From a virus (Duplodnaviria > Caudoviricetes), in the IMG/VR virus record IMGVR_UViG_3300042196_000313, positions 1-28,915 of that record: 28,915 nt of DNA. One strand, written 5' to 3'. Every line of letters begins with the position of its first letter. Position 1 is the first letter of the stretch. Positions 15,110 through 21,885 of the stretch are shown in pieces. A program made the position numbers and the translations under genes. The notes under the pieces are model-generated. The model had not been told where the DNA came from. It was given only the letters and a program-made list of their open reading frames with translations, and did no database searches.

Positions 15110-15687
15110 CAGACCTTGGCGCTCATGGCGTCTTGGGATCCGCCCCGGATGGGGCTATGCCCCGGAGGGCGGTTCAATCGTCTGCGCCGGATCGCTTTCA
15201 GCGCCTCCGTGTACCTCCCCACCTGCCCCGCCGTCCGGGGATGGGCCACGCCGGTCGCCCGGCGCGCGATCCCCGCGGCCTCGTCCATCCCGATCTTCAG
15301 CTCCCGCTCCAGGCTGCTCGCGCGCTGAAGCTGCCCAACGGTGGCGATGCGAACGACGTTGGGAGCATGGCGCATAGCGGTAAGCGCATGGCGTTCCGGC
15401 TTCCGGCCCGGTCTCCGACCCGGAGGGGTCTCCGACCCGGAGGGAGGGCTCTCCAGCCCGGAGGGATCCGGCGCTCTGCGCTCTGCGCTCTGCGCTTTGC
15501 CCGTCACCGCATCCAGCACCCGGATCAGCTCGCCATGATCGCATGTGGAGAGCCCGAACCCGGGCACCAGGGCCCGGCCCACCGCCCGGCTCGCCAGCTC
15601 GTAGGCCCTCTCCTGAGTGATCGTTCCGCCCTTGATCAGCAGCGCAAACTTCGCCTTCATCCGATTGTCGCTATCTGAGGGGATCAC
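15109..15687 (-). CDS. GemA/DUF1018-like regulator (start may be 15660)
   Basis: ELIRVLDAV, ATVGQL, YTEALKAI pattern; Mu gene order; three cassettes and a family A hairpin in frame. Confidence 0.55.
   Translation of the reverse strand: MIPSDSDNRMKAKFALLIKGGTITQERAYELASRAVGRALVPGFGLSTCDHGELIRVLDAVTGKAQSAERRAPDPSGLESPPSGSETPPGRRPGRKPERHALTAMRHAPNVVRIATVGQLQRASSLERELKIGMDEAAGIARRATGVAHPRTAGQVGRYTEALKAIRRRRLNRPPGHSPIRGGSQDAMSAKV
15114..15177. repeat. Family D array with a cassette (15136-15169)
   Basis: Removal gives ccttggcgctcatggcgtcttggcggttcaa, matching 21853-21885. Confidence 0.8.
15364..15500. repeat. Family A hairpin with nested cassettes (15399-15465 containing 15411-15444), in frame
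   Basis: Same loop and cassette as 1029-1062 plus gtctccgacccggaggg x2. Confidence 0.9.
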
Positions 15688-15883
15688 AACGCACCTGCTC
15701 CGCGGCCCGCGTCACCTCTTCTGCCTCGCATTTGATCGGACTCGTATCATGGCCTTCATAGTCCGCGAGCAATCCCAACTTCTGACGGTCGGCCCCCGCC
15801 CGGCACGCGAGCACAATCTCTTCCAGCTCATCCACGTAGGGACTCCGATGCTGCACCCCACAGAACGGGCAGTCGCGGAACAT
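15671..15883 (-). CDS. Small hypothetical protein with CPFC
   Basis: TAATG coupling with the upstream gene. Confidence 0.55.
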   Translation of the reverse strand: MFRDCPFCGVQHRSPYVDELEEIVLACRAGADRQKLGLLADYEGHDTSPIKCEAEEVTRAAEQVRCDPLR

Positions 15884-16254
15884 TACGATTGGCTCTTCCC
15901 TCCGGGCCAGGGGCCCTCGCGGGCCGGCGGCGATCGGAATGCCTCCGCCAACTCCGGCCAGGTCCTCTCCATGGTCTCCATCGCGCTCGCCGACCAGGGA
16001 TCGATGAAACACCGCCCGCTCTGCAGATATTCGACGCGAAGCGCATGGCGCTCTGCGCATGGCGTCCGGATTCCGACGCTATGCCCTATGCGCTCTGCGC
16101 TTGGCGTCGGAAGCCGGCTATCCAGCACCGCCCACCGCCACATGTTCTGGATCGTGGCCCAGGCCTGGGGCCAGCGGAATCGCCGCAGCAGCAGCCCCTG
16201 GATGCTGGCGCTGACGTGCCGATCGAGCGCATAGCTGTCGTCCTGGGAGTACAT
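15883..16254 (-). CDS. Hypothetical protein
   Basis: TGATG-coupled start; carries an in-frame family A hairpin and a cassette. Confidence 0.55.
   Translation of the reverse strand: MYSQDDSYALDRHVSASIQGLLLRRFRWPQAWATIQNMWRWAVLDSRLPTPSAERIGHSVGIRTPCAERHALRVEYLQSGRCFIDPWSASAMETMERTWPELAEAFRSPPAREGPWPGGKSQS
15898..15931 (-). mobile_element. 2x17-nt CCCGGAGGG cassette
   Basis: Reverse complement of 1636-1669 with one mismatch. Confidence 0.8.
16036..16107. repeat. Family A hairpin, in frame
   Basis: gcgcatggcgctctgcgcatggcg tccggattccga cgctatgccctatgcgctctgcgc. Confidence 0.88.
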
Positions 16255-16397
16255 CAGGCTGCCTTCTCCCTCGGGGGGTCGGGGGGCGGATTCAAGCATT
16301 TCCTATCGAATGTCGTCGGGCTCTTGTGGTACCACTGCCGAGATACGTGGTCCCAGTATCTGGGCCAGTTCCCGATGCACCACCGACAAGGATTCAC
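16254..16397 (-). CDS. Small hypothetical protein (47 aa)
   Basis: MNPCRWC...REKAA, translated by hand; start/stop overlaps at both ends. Confidence 0.5.
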   Translation of the reverse strand: MNPCRWCIGNWPRYWDHVSRQWYHKSPTTFDRKCLNPPPDPPREKAA

Positions 16398-16816
16398 GCC
16401 GCCTCGCTCCCCTGTGGACCCGGTCTCGATATCTGGTCCACAGGGCAGGCCAACAGCTTCTCGGTCTCCAAGGCAAGCTGCCCCAGCAGCGCCGGCAGGC
16501 TCGTCCGCTTCACCGCGGCCGCGGCCGCCAGGGTCCCCAGGGCCTTGGACTTCTGCTCGTGGTAGAACTCCTCGACCTCTTGCGAGGTCTCCGGGATGTA
16601 ATAGCCCGCCGGCTTGCCGGCCGCCGAGGCGATCGGCTGGCCATGCTGGACCCGCAGGCGGTGGATCACCTGCTGGATCTGGCGGGCCGGGATCCCGGAG
16701 AGGGACGCCAGATCGGGTACCCGGATGGCCCGCTCGCGCCCCCGCCGCACCTGCAGGAGGGTCATAATCCGCGTCTCCGCGGGATCGAGGGTCCAGTCGA
16801 GCTCTAACTCCACCAT
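16394..16816 (-). CDS. Winged-helix DNA-binding protein
   Basis: GRERAIRVPDLA..RQIQQVIHRLR..PIAS...GYYI. Confidence 0.8.
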   Translation of the reverse strand: MVELELDWTLDPAETRIMTLLQVRRGRERAIRVPDLASLSGIPARQIQQVIHRLRVQHGQPIASAAGKPAGYYIPETSQEVEEFYHEQKSKALGTLAAAAAVKRTSLPALLGQLALETEKLLACPVDQISRPGPQGSEAA

Positions 16817-16827
16817 AACCGAATCAT

Positions 16828-16890
16828 GAATATCGAACGCTGAATGTCGAACTCCGAAGTTCGGAGTTCATCATTCGACATTCGATATTC
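16828..16890. repeat. Heptamer hairpin (GAAYNTC) with a perfect 10-bp inner palindrome
   Basis: gaatatc gaacgct gaatgtc gaactccgaa g ttcggagttc atcattc gacattc gatattc. Confidence 0.88.
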
Positions 16891-17098
16891 TGCTCCCAGC
16901 CAGCCTCAGATCTTCTCGCGGGGCCCGAGGGCGGCCGTAGATCCCGTTCCACGCGGCGTACTTGTCCAGGACCTTCGCCGGCGGAGTCTCTTCTGCCCGC
17001 ACCCCGTCCCACCGCTCGATGTCGCGCCCGACCTGAATGCCGAGGGCCAGGATCGCCCCCGCCGCCGCCATCGCGATCAGGACATCGGTGTATTTCAT
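16871..17098 (-). CDS. Small membrane protein
   Basis: MKYTDVLIAMAAAGAILALGIQVG; stop lies inside the hairpin. Confidence 0.5.
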   Translation of the reverse strand: MKYTDVLIAMAAAGAILALGIQVGRDIERWDGVRAEETPPAKVLDKYAAWNGIYGRPRAPREDLRLAGSRISNVE

Positions 17099-17117
17099 AA
17101 TGAATTGCGATAGCAAT

Positions 17118-17588
17118 TCATCGCCACTCCGTCTCGCCGGCGAGTTGCCACTGGAACTCGTCCTGGCTGTCGCGAGTACAACCGACCTGCTTGAGCTGTG
17201 CGTCCGTCAGCTCCTTCATCGCCACGCGATCCGGCGCCTCCTTCGTCCGCACGCAGTCCTTGTGGCCGTGCTTTTTGAGGAGGGTGACGATCTCGTCGTC
17301 TGTCAGGTCCGAGACGATCGCGTCCGGCGTCTTGTACAGCCGCACGGCCCCATGCATGCCCCGGAGGGTTTTCTGGTCGAGCTCGTCCCGATGCCCGAAC
17401 GTCCACCGTTCGAGCTGGCCCTTCAGACGTTTGAACTCGGCCTTGATGGGCTTCACCACCTTCGCCACGCGGGCCCTGACCTTATCGAGCAGACCGCCCT
17501 CGAAATCCTTCGCGCGCTGGTGCCGTCGCTCCAGCGTGGCCAGCCGCGCCAGCGCCCGATCCACCCCGTCCGTCCCCTCGATCTTCAT
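17118..17588 (-). CDS. gam: Host-nuclease inhibitor, Mu Gam-like
   Basis: VDRALARL coiled coil, KTL..HGAV, CVRTKEAPDR, DEF; Mu gene order. Confidence 0.82.
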   Translation of the reverse strand: MKIEGTDGVDRALARLATLERRHQRAKDFEGGLLDKVRARVAKVVKPIKAEFKRLKGQLERWTFGHRDELDQKTLRGMHGAVRLYKTPDAIVSDLTDDEIVTLLKKHGHKDCVRTKEAPDRVAMKELTDAQLKQVGCTRDSQDEFQWQLAGETEWR

Positions 17589-17601
17589 GGCTCACTCCGT
17601 T

Positions 17602-17700
17602 CGCGCACAGCGCAGAGCGCATGGCGCTTTTCGCGCTAAGCGCGTAGAGCAGAGCGCCGGAATCCGAACGCTATGCCCTATGCGCTATGCCCTATGCGCA
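17602..17700. repeat. Family A hairpin
   Basis: gcgcagagcgcatggcg..gcagagcg ccggaatccga acgctatgccctatgcgctatgccctatgcgc; supplies the TAG of the upstream gene. Confidence 0.9.
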
Positions 17701-17991
17701 TCCCGCTTTGCCCGTGGCCAGGCGGTTCCGCCGCCGCTCCTCCGCCTCGATCTCGTTCCAGGTGTAGACCCGGCACCGCAGGCGCCCGACCAGGGCCTGC
17801 TGGGCGCCGGCCTCGCCGTCCTTGGCGGCGGCGATCAACCTCGCCCGCTGCGCCAGCTCGACGCCCTGGTCATGCGAGACATTCATCAGCCGGACATACT
17901 CCTCCGGCGACCAGAACTTCGCCGGGTCGCCCTTGGCCGCGCCGAACACATAGCCCTTCCGCCGGAACCGCCAGCCGTACTCTTTACCCAC
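17692..17991 (-). CDS. Hypothetical protein
   Basis: GTG start overlapping the upstream stop. Confidence 0.5.
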   Translation of the reverse strand: MGKEYGWRFRRKGYVFGAAKGDPAKFWSPEEYVRLMNVSHDQGVELAQRARLIAAAKDGEAGAQQALVGRLRCRVYTWNEIEAEERRRNRLATGKAGCA

Positions 17992-18469
17992 CCAGCTTCT
18001 CCCGGATCTTCGCCAGCTCACCCCTTGCGATCTCGCCCGCGGGCGTCAGGTCGCCCACCGGGCGAGTCGGCTGAGCGCATGGCGCCTTGGGCATAGCGCA
18101 TGGCGCAGAGCGCGTAGCGTCTGACTCTATGCGCTTACCGCTTTGCGCTTGGCGTTCTGCGGGCGCTTCGCGCTTTGCGCCAGAGATGAGTGGATCCCAC
18201 TCCGCCCCCTGCTTCGCCCAGTTCTGGATCCGGGCGCACCAGACCTTCCGCGTCGTCGGCCCCCGGGCGATCCAGTGCGCCCGGCAGGCGGCCAGGGCCG
18301 GGATCAGCCGGATCGCTGGATACGCGAGCAGCAACGACTCGAGGAGCGCGCTAGCCACCTTGTCCTCTTTCCCCAGCCTGTCCTCGCCCCAGCCGAGAAA
18401 CTTCCCCCCATCCTCTCGCATCCACTCAATCGCCTCGCCGATCCGCAGGTCCCTTTCGGCTTTGGTCAT
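17984..18469 (-). CDS. Hypothetical protein with an in-frame family A hairpin
   Basis: 161 aa ORF; AHWIA...RIQNW core. Confidence 0.55.
   Translation of the reverse strand: MTKAERDLRIGEAIEWMREDGGKFLGWGEDRLGKEDKVASALLESLLLAYPAIRLIPALAACRAHWIARGPTTRKVWCARIQNWAKQGAEWDPLISGAKREAPAERQAQSGKRIESDATRSAPCAMPKAPCAQPTRPVGDLTPAGEIARGELAKIREKLGG
18074..18181. repeat. Family A hairpin, in frame
   Basis: gcgcatggcgccttgggcatagcgcatggcgcagagcg...ctatgcgcttaccgctttgcgcttggcg. Confidence 0.85.
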
Positions 18470-18484
18470 GCCGGCCCAGGGTTG

Positions 18485-18513
18485 CTTTGCGTCCTTTGCG
18501 CCTTAGCGAGAGA
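18485..18513. repeat. Family D half array
   Basis: ctttgcgtc ctttgcgcc ttagcgagaga. Confidence 0.7.
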
Positions 18514-18525
18514 CACGTTCCGCTC

Positions 18526-18696
18526 CTACCACCTGACATCGACTTCCCGCCGGCAGCGGTCGCAGCGGTAGTGGAACCGGTGGCCGATCGGGATCCGCTC
18601 ATTCGTCCCCATCCGGATCCGGATGGGCTCGCCGAAGATCACCACCAGCGTCCCCCCACACGGGCAGTCAATCGGATCCCCGTCGCGAAGACTCAC
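18526..18696 (-). CDS. Small zinc-ribbon protein (56 aa)
   Basis: DCPCGG...YRCDRC, translated by hand; AAGGTG RBS. Confidence 0.55.
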   Translation of the reverse strand: MSLRDGDPIDCPCGGTLVVIFGEPIRIRMGTNERIPIGHRFHYRCDRCRREVDVRW

Positions 18697-18738
18697 AGAT
18701 TCACCTTATCCGCAGATTACGCAGATTACGCAGATTTC
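18695..18738. repeat. Family C nonamer array, empty (no cassette)
   Basis: ttatccgcagattac gcagattac gcagatttc. Confidence 0.9.
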
Positions 18739-18955
18739 AAGAGCCGATCCCCAGCTCGCGATCCTTGGGGCTCCATCCCCGCTCTTCCCACGCGCTGGCG
18801 TTGGTCGGGCCTGGTCCCTCCCCGTTATTCCCACGTTTTGCGCTCTGCTCTATGCGCTCTGCGCTTGCCCCGGCAGATACTGCTGCCATCAGCAGTACGC
18901 CCAAATTGAACCCCAGGACCAGCGCCCCACCGATCGCCCACCACACCCAGCCCAT
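18737..18955 (-). CDS. Small membrane protein
   Basis: WWAIGGALVLGFNLGVLLMAAVSAG; GGAGGGG RBS; in-frame family A array at 18837-18868. Confidence 0.65.
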   Translation of the reverse strand: MGWVWWAIGGALVLGFNLGVLLMAAVSAGASAERIEQSAKRGNNGEGPGPTNASAWEERGWSPKDRELGIGS

Positions 18956-18970
18956 GATTCCCCCCTCCGT

Positions 18971-19002
18971 CGCTATGCGCTTGGCGCTCTGCGCTTTGCG
19001 CT
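18971..19002. repeat. Family A half array
   Basis: cgctatgcgcttggcgctctgcgctttgcgct, intergenic. Confidence 0.85.
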
Positions 19003-19169
19003 CAAGGTGTCACGCCTGTGGCGTGCAACACCATGAGCAACCAGGCCAGGCCGGCGCCCAGCGCGATCGACCCGACCCACCACGCGATCTCCCCCACCGC
19101 CCGGACCCAGCGCCTCGGTGTCGGCGTCCATCCCTCAATCCCATACGGCAGCTCCACCCGGCGCCTCAC
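19002..19169 (-). CDS. Small membrane protein (55 aa)
   Basis: GTGA overlap with the upstream stop; TM segment IAWWVGSIALGAGLAWLLMVL; translated by hand. Confidence 0.55.
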   Translation of the reverse strand: MRRRVELPYGIEGWTPTPRRWVRAVGEIAWWVGSIALGAGLAWLLMVLHATGVTP

Positions 19170-19360
19170 CAATTCTCCTTTATCCGCTGCCGCCGGAGCA
19201 GCTCGCGGCTGACGGCGATCAATCGTGTCTTGCCGAATGGCTGGGTCTTCAGGACCTTCAGGGCCCGCCGGAGCTGGCCGAGGTTGGCCTGCTCCAGCGC
19301 GCTCTTGTAGTTCACGTCGTCCGCGGGCACCCGGATCAGGCAGTCATACACCCAGCTCAT
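19166..19360 (-). CDS. Small hypothetical protein
   Basis: MSWVYDCL...; ATGA overlap with the DUF5131 stop. Confidence 0.6.
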   Translation of the reverse strand: MSWVYDCLIRVPADDVNYKSALEQANLGQLRRALKVLKTQPFGKTRLIAVSRELLRRQRIKENW

Positions 19361-20238
19361 CGCGCCCCCTCCCTCTGCGCCCTCTGGGGCGGAACCCCAT
19401 CCGGGGCGGAGCCCATGCGCTCGGCGCTTTGCGGGAATTCGTCCCAGGTCCGCCCATCCAGCAGCCGGCCCCCCGAATTCGGACGCGGCCCGCCCCACTG
19501 CTTCATGAAGAACGGCACCTCGGCGGCCACGCATTGGTCGCGGATCGAGCGGACCCATTCGAGGGCTTCTTCCTTGGGATACCAATGTCCATGCTTAGGC
19601 AGGCCACACATCCGGTGTTCCGCGAGCGACCTCTCCGCCGAGCCGCCGCTCTCCCCGCCGACGATGACCCAGTCCACAGGGGGGATCCAAGCTGAGTGCT
19701 CCTCGTCGCCCAGATCGACCTCCTGGAATTCGTCGTCAAGATTCGCGAACGGTCCGAGCAGCGGTTCGATGGAGAGAAAATGGACGGCTGCGCCGACCAT
19801 GTGATCACGAAACCCTCCGGCCTTGTCGAGATCCTCCTGGATGGAGACGCTGAGCCCCAGCCAGACGTTCGGCAGCATCGGCTCCCGATGGAAGGCCCAG
19901 GGCACGCAGTCGCGATGGCGCTCCGTGCGCTTGCTCGGGATCAGGTATGTCTGCCAGGGCGTCCGCCGCATGATCTCCCAGGCCTCGGCCCGCCAGGGGT
20001 CCGCCTCTTCAATGAAGAAGTCCGACCAGGAGCAGACGAAGATGCGCTTCGGCTCTTTCCAGGTCAGCGGCGCGTTGAATGTCGCCGGCTTCGACCGGAC
20101 GATCGTCGCGGGATCCTGGCCGTACATCCTCTTCTCTCGATACATGTAGCAGTGCGCGCAGCCCGTGGACACCTTCCGGCAGCCCTGCCAGGGATTCCAC
20201 GTCGCGTCACACCACTCGATCTTGCTAGCCTTGCCCAT
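19357..20238 (-). CDS. DUF5131 / phage Gp37-Gp68 family (radical-SAM-like)
   Basis: SKIEWCDATWNPWQGCRKVSTGCAHCY, FLSIEPLLG, DWVIVGGESG, FFMKQWGG. Confidence 0.95.
   Translation of the reverse strand: MGKASKIEWCDATWNPWQGCRKVSTGCAHCYMYREKRMYGQDPATIVRSKPATFNAPLTWKEPKRIFVCSWSDFFIEEADPWRAEAWEIMRRTPWQTYLIPSKRTERHRDCVPWAFHREPMLPNVWLGLSVSIQEDLDKAGGFRDHMVGAAVHFLSIEPLLGPFANLDDEFQEVDLGDEEHSAWIPPVDWVIVGGESGGSAERSLAEHRMCGLPKHGHWYPKEEALEWVRSIRDQCVAAEVPFFMKQWGGPRPNSGGRLLDGRTWDEFPQSAERMGSAPDGVPPQRAQREGAR
19372..19433. repeat. Family A half array with a cassette (19380-19413)
   Basis: Removal restores ctctgcg ccatgcg ctcggcg ctttgcg. Confidence 0.85.
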
Positions 20239-20261
20239 CCCGTCCACCTGGTGGGGAAAAG

Positions 20262-20299
20262 GCCCCGGAGGCCGCCGAGTTTGTGTTCCCCTCCGGGGC
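20262..20299 (-). terminator. GC hairpin, possible weak terminator
   Basis: gccccggagg...cctccggggc, followed by CTTTT on the minus strand. Confidence 0.35.
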
Positions 20300-20445
20300 A
20301 TCTGCCATCATGTGGGGCAGTCGGAATTCCGTCCCGGCCCCTACGGTGCATCTCCTGACGTAAGACACCTTTCGGCCCAGGTGCCCCTGGCGTTCGCAGT
20401 CCAGCGCTGTCGGCGATCAGCCTGCGAAGCTAACCCATGTCCGCG

Positions 20446-20694
20446 TCAGGCGGGCGATTCCAAGACTCCACCACCCCTTCGTGGGATTCCTCGATGTCGT
20501 TTCTTCGCTGCCTTGCCTGCAACGGGTGCGCCCAGCATCGGCTCGATCTGGATCGAAAGCATCCGGCCAATCGGAAACGCCCCGGCAACGTCGAGCGAGG
20601 TCACAAGGGCCACTACGATGTTGGCGCAATCGACCACGATCGAAGTCTGGCCTTTAATCTTTCGATTGGCGACCACCGTCCCGCAGAGATACAT
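20446..20694 (-). CDS. Small beta-rich hypothetical protein
   Basis: 82 aa ORF in operon orientation. Confidence 0.5.
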   Translation of the reverse strand: MYLCGTVVANRKIKGQTSIVVDCANIVVALVTSLDVAGAFPIGRMLSIQIEPMLGAPVAGKAAKKRHRGIPRRGGGVLESPA

Positions 20695-20753
20695 CGCTGC
20701 CCCTGTCGCCCGCCGGGCCGGAGGCCACTCTGGGCCGGAGGCTATCCCTGCCG
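20695..20753. repeat. Hexamer array with a cassette (20709-20742)
   Basis: Removal gives cgctgc ccctgt cgctat ccctgc, like 10417-10441. Confidence 0.7.
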
Positions 20754-21230
20754 CCCTTCAATCCGCCGTGCCGCCACCCCCACCAGCTCGATCGCCCGCT
20801 GGCACTCGCCCATCATGGCCTGTAGCTCAACGGTAATTCGATCTGCACCCACCATCGCCGCCGCCTGATCCTTTCCGTCGCCATGCGCCCTGCGCTTCGC
20901 GCTCTGCGCGCCGCGTCTGGCCGGCAAGCTCCGAGCGCTGCCCCCCCCCTGCACTCCGGGGCACGTTCCCTCGTGCTTGTGCGCCCCGCGCGGATCCAGC
21001 ATCTTCCCGCAGCCCTTCGCGCAGGACCGCTTCTCCATTTTCCCCGTCGGCATCGTCCCCTCCTCCCGTTTCACCGGTATGTCCCGCCCCACCGCGTAGC
21101 AGTCCCCACAGATCGCGCCGATGAAATAATTCTTCTCGCTCCTGCAGGCTGGACAGCTCCGGCATTCACCGGACCCAGTCGGCGCGGCCATGGGGGAGGT
21201 GATGGGAGTCTCCTTCCAACGGTTTCCCAT
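20742..21230 (-). CDS. Hypothetical Cys-rich protein
   Basis: CPAC..ICGDC and C..GC..H..C motifs; in-frame family A array at 20880-20911. Confidence 0.55.
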   Translation of the reverse strand: MGNRWKETPITSPMAAPTGSGECRSCPACRSEKNYFIGAICGDCYAVGRDIPVKREEGTMPTGKMEKRSCAKGCGKMLDPRGAHKHEGTCPGVQGGGSARSLPARRGAQSAKRRAHGDGKDQAAAMVGADRITVELQAMMGECQRAIELVGVAARRIEGRQG

Positions 21231-21267
21231 CGCGGCTTTCGGCTATCGGCAATCAGATCAACCCGGG

Positions 21268-21340
21268 TGCCCGACGGAGGGAATTGAACCCCCGAGCGGG
21301 GTATGAGCCCATCTCTGCGCCTGCCGCCAGGCTCCCCGGG
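21268..21340 (-). tRNA. Atypical tRNA-like element, CAT anticodon
   Basis: T arm GGGGG-TTCAATT-CCCTC; GGG-CTCATAC-CCC anticodon arm; acceptor CCCGGGG/CGTCGGG with one mismatch; non-canonical D arm and variable region. Confidence 0.45.
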
Positions 21341-21424
21341 TGGATCCCAGCCCCGTGGAACAGGGATCGCGATTCCGCAGGGCGTTCGCCGTGGGTGTGC
21401 GGCGCTCTGTCCTCAGATGGCAAT

Positions 21425-21583
21425 CTACTTCAGGGTCTCGATCAAGAGGCCGATCTCGTCCCGCAGTGCCTTCAGCGACTCGCGAGTTTTCGCCCGAGAA
21501 ACGGACTTGTCGCTATAGAGCTCGCTAATCGCCTCTTTGGCCCGCTCATACAGTCTGTCGTGCAGCGCCGTCCCCTTGCCCAT
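21425..21583 (-). CDS. Small helical hypothetical protein
   Basis: MGKGTALHDRLYERAKEAISELYSD..; GGGGG RBS. Confidence 0.6.
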   Translation of the reverse strand: MGKGTALHDRLYERAKEAISELYSDKSVSRAKTRESLKALRDEIGLLIETLK

Positions 21584-21660
21584 GTTTCCCCCAAGTGCTG
21601 CCAGCTGCCCGTGGCTCGGCATCCCGCCGTCGGCGGGACTGCCCGCTGCCGGCTACGATT

Positions 21661-21828
21661 TCAGCCCGCCATGTGCAATGCTTTGAACGGAGGATTTGAA
21701 ACATCGCGCCATTTGAAATCGCAGATATGGCACCGATGGTAGAACCGCGGGTGCGAAGCCGGAAAAACAACCCCAGATCCGCAACGCGGGCATTTCGTCG
21801 GATTGCCAGCTTTTTCGGACCTGGACAT
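21661..21828 (-). CDS. Small zinc-ribbon protein
   Basis: KCPRCGS...RCHICDFKW; GGGGAG RBS. Confidence 0.6.
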   Translation of the reverse strand: MSRSEKAGNPTKCPRCGSGVVFPASHPRFYHRCHICDFKWRDVSNPPFKALHMAG

Positions 21829-21852
21829 TTCGCTCCCCGCGCCCCCAGCTCC

Positions 21853-21885
21853 GCGCTTGGCGCTCTTGGCGCCTTGGCGGTTCAA
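21853..21885. repeat. Family D half array at the MuB stop
   Basis: gcgcttggcgctcttggcgccttggcggttcaa. Confidence 0.75.

Noticed and set aside
20262-20299. CCCCGGAGG pair as another 33-nt cassette
   Set aside because: The two halves are inverted rather than tandem and lack the 17-nt period; treated as a plain hairpin.
1029-20742. Sequencing adapter or assembly artefact as the origin of the cassette
   Set aside because: Copies differ in sequence with compensatory changes, nest within each other and keep reading frames; a read-level check is still advisable.
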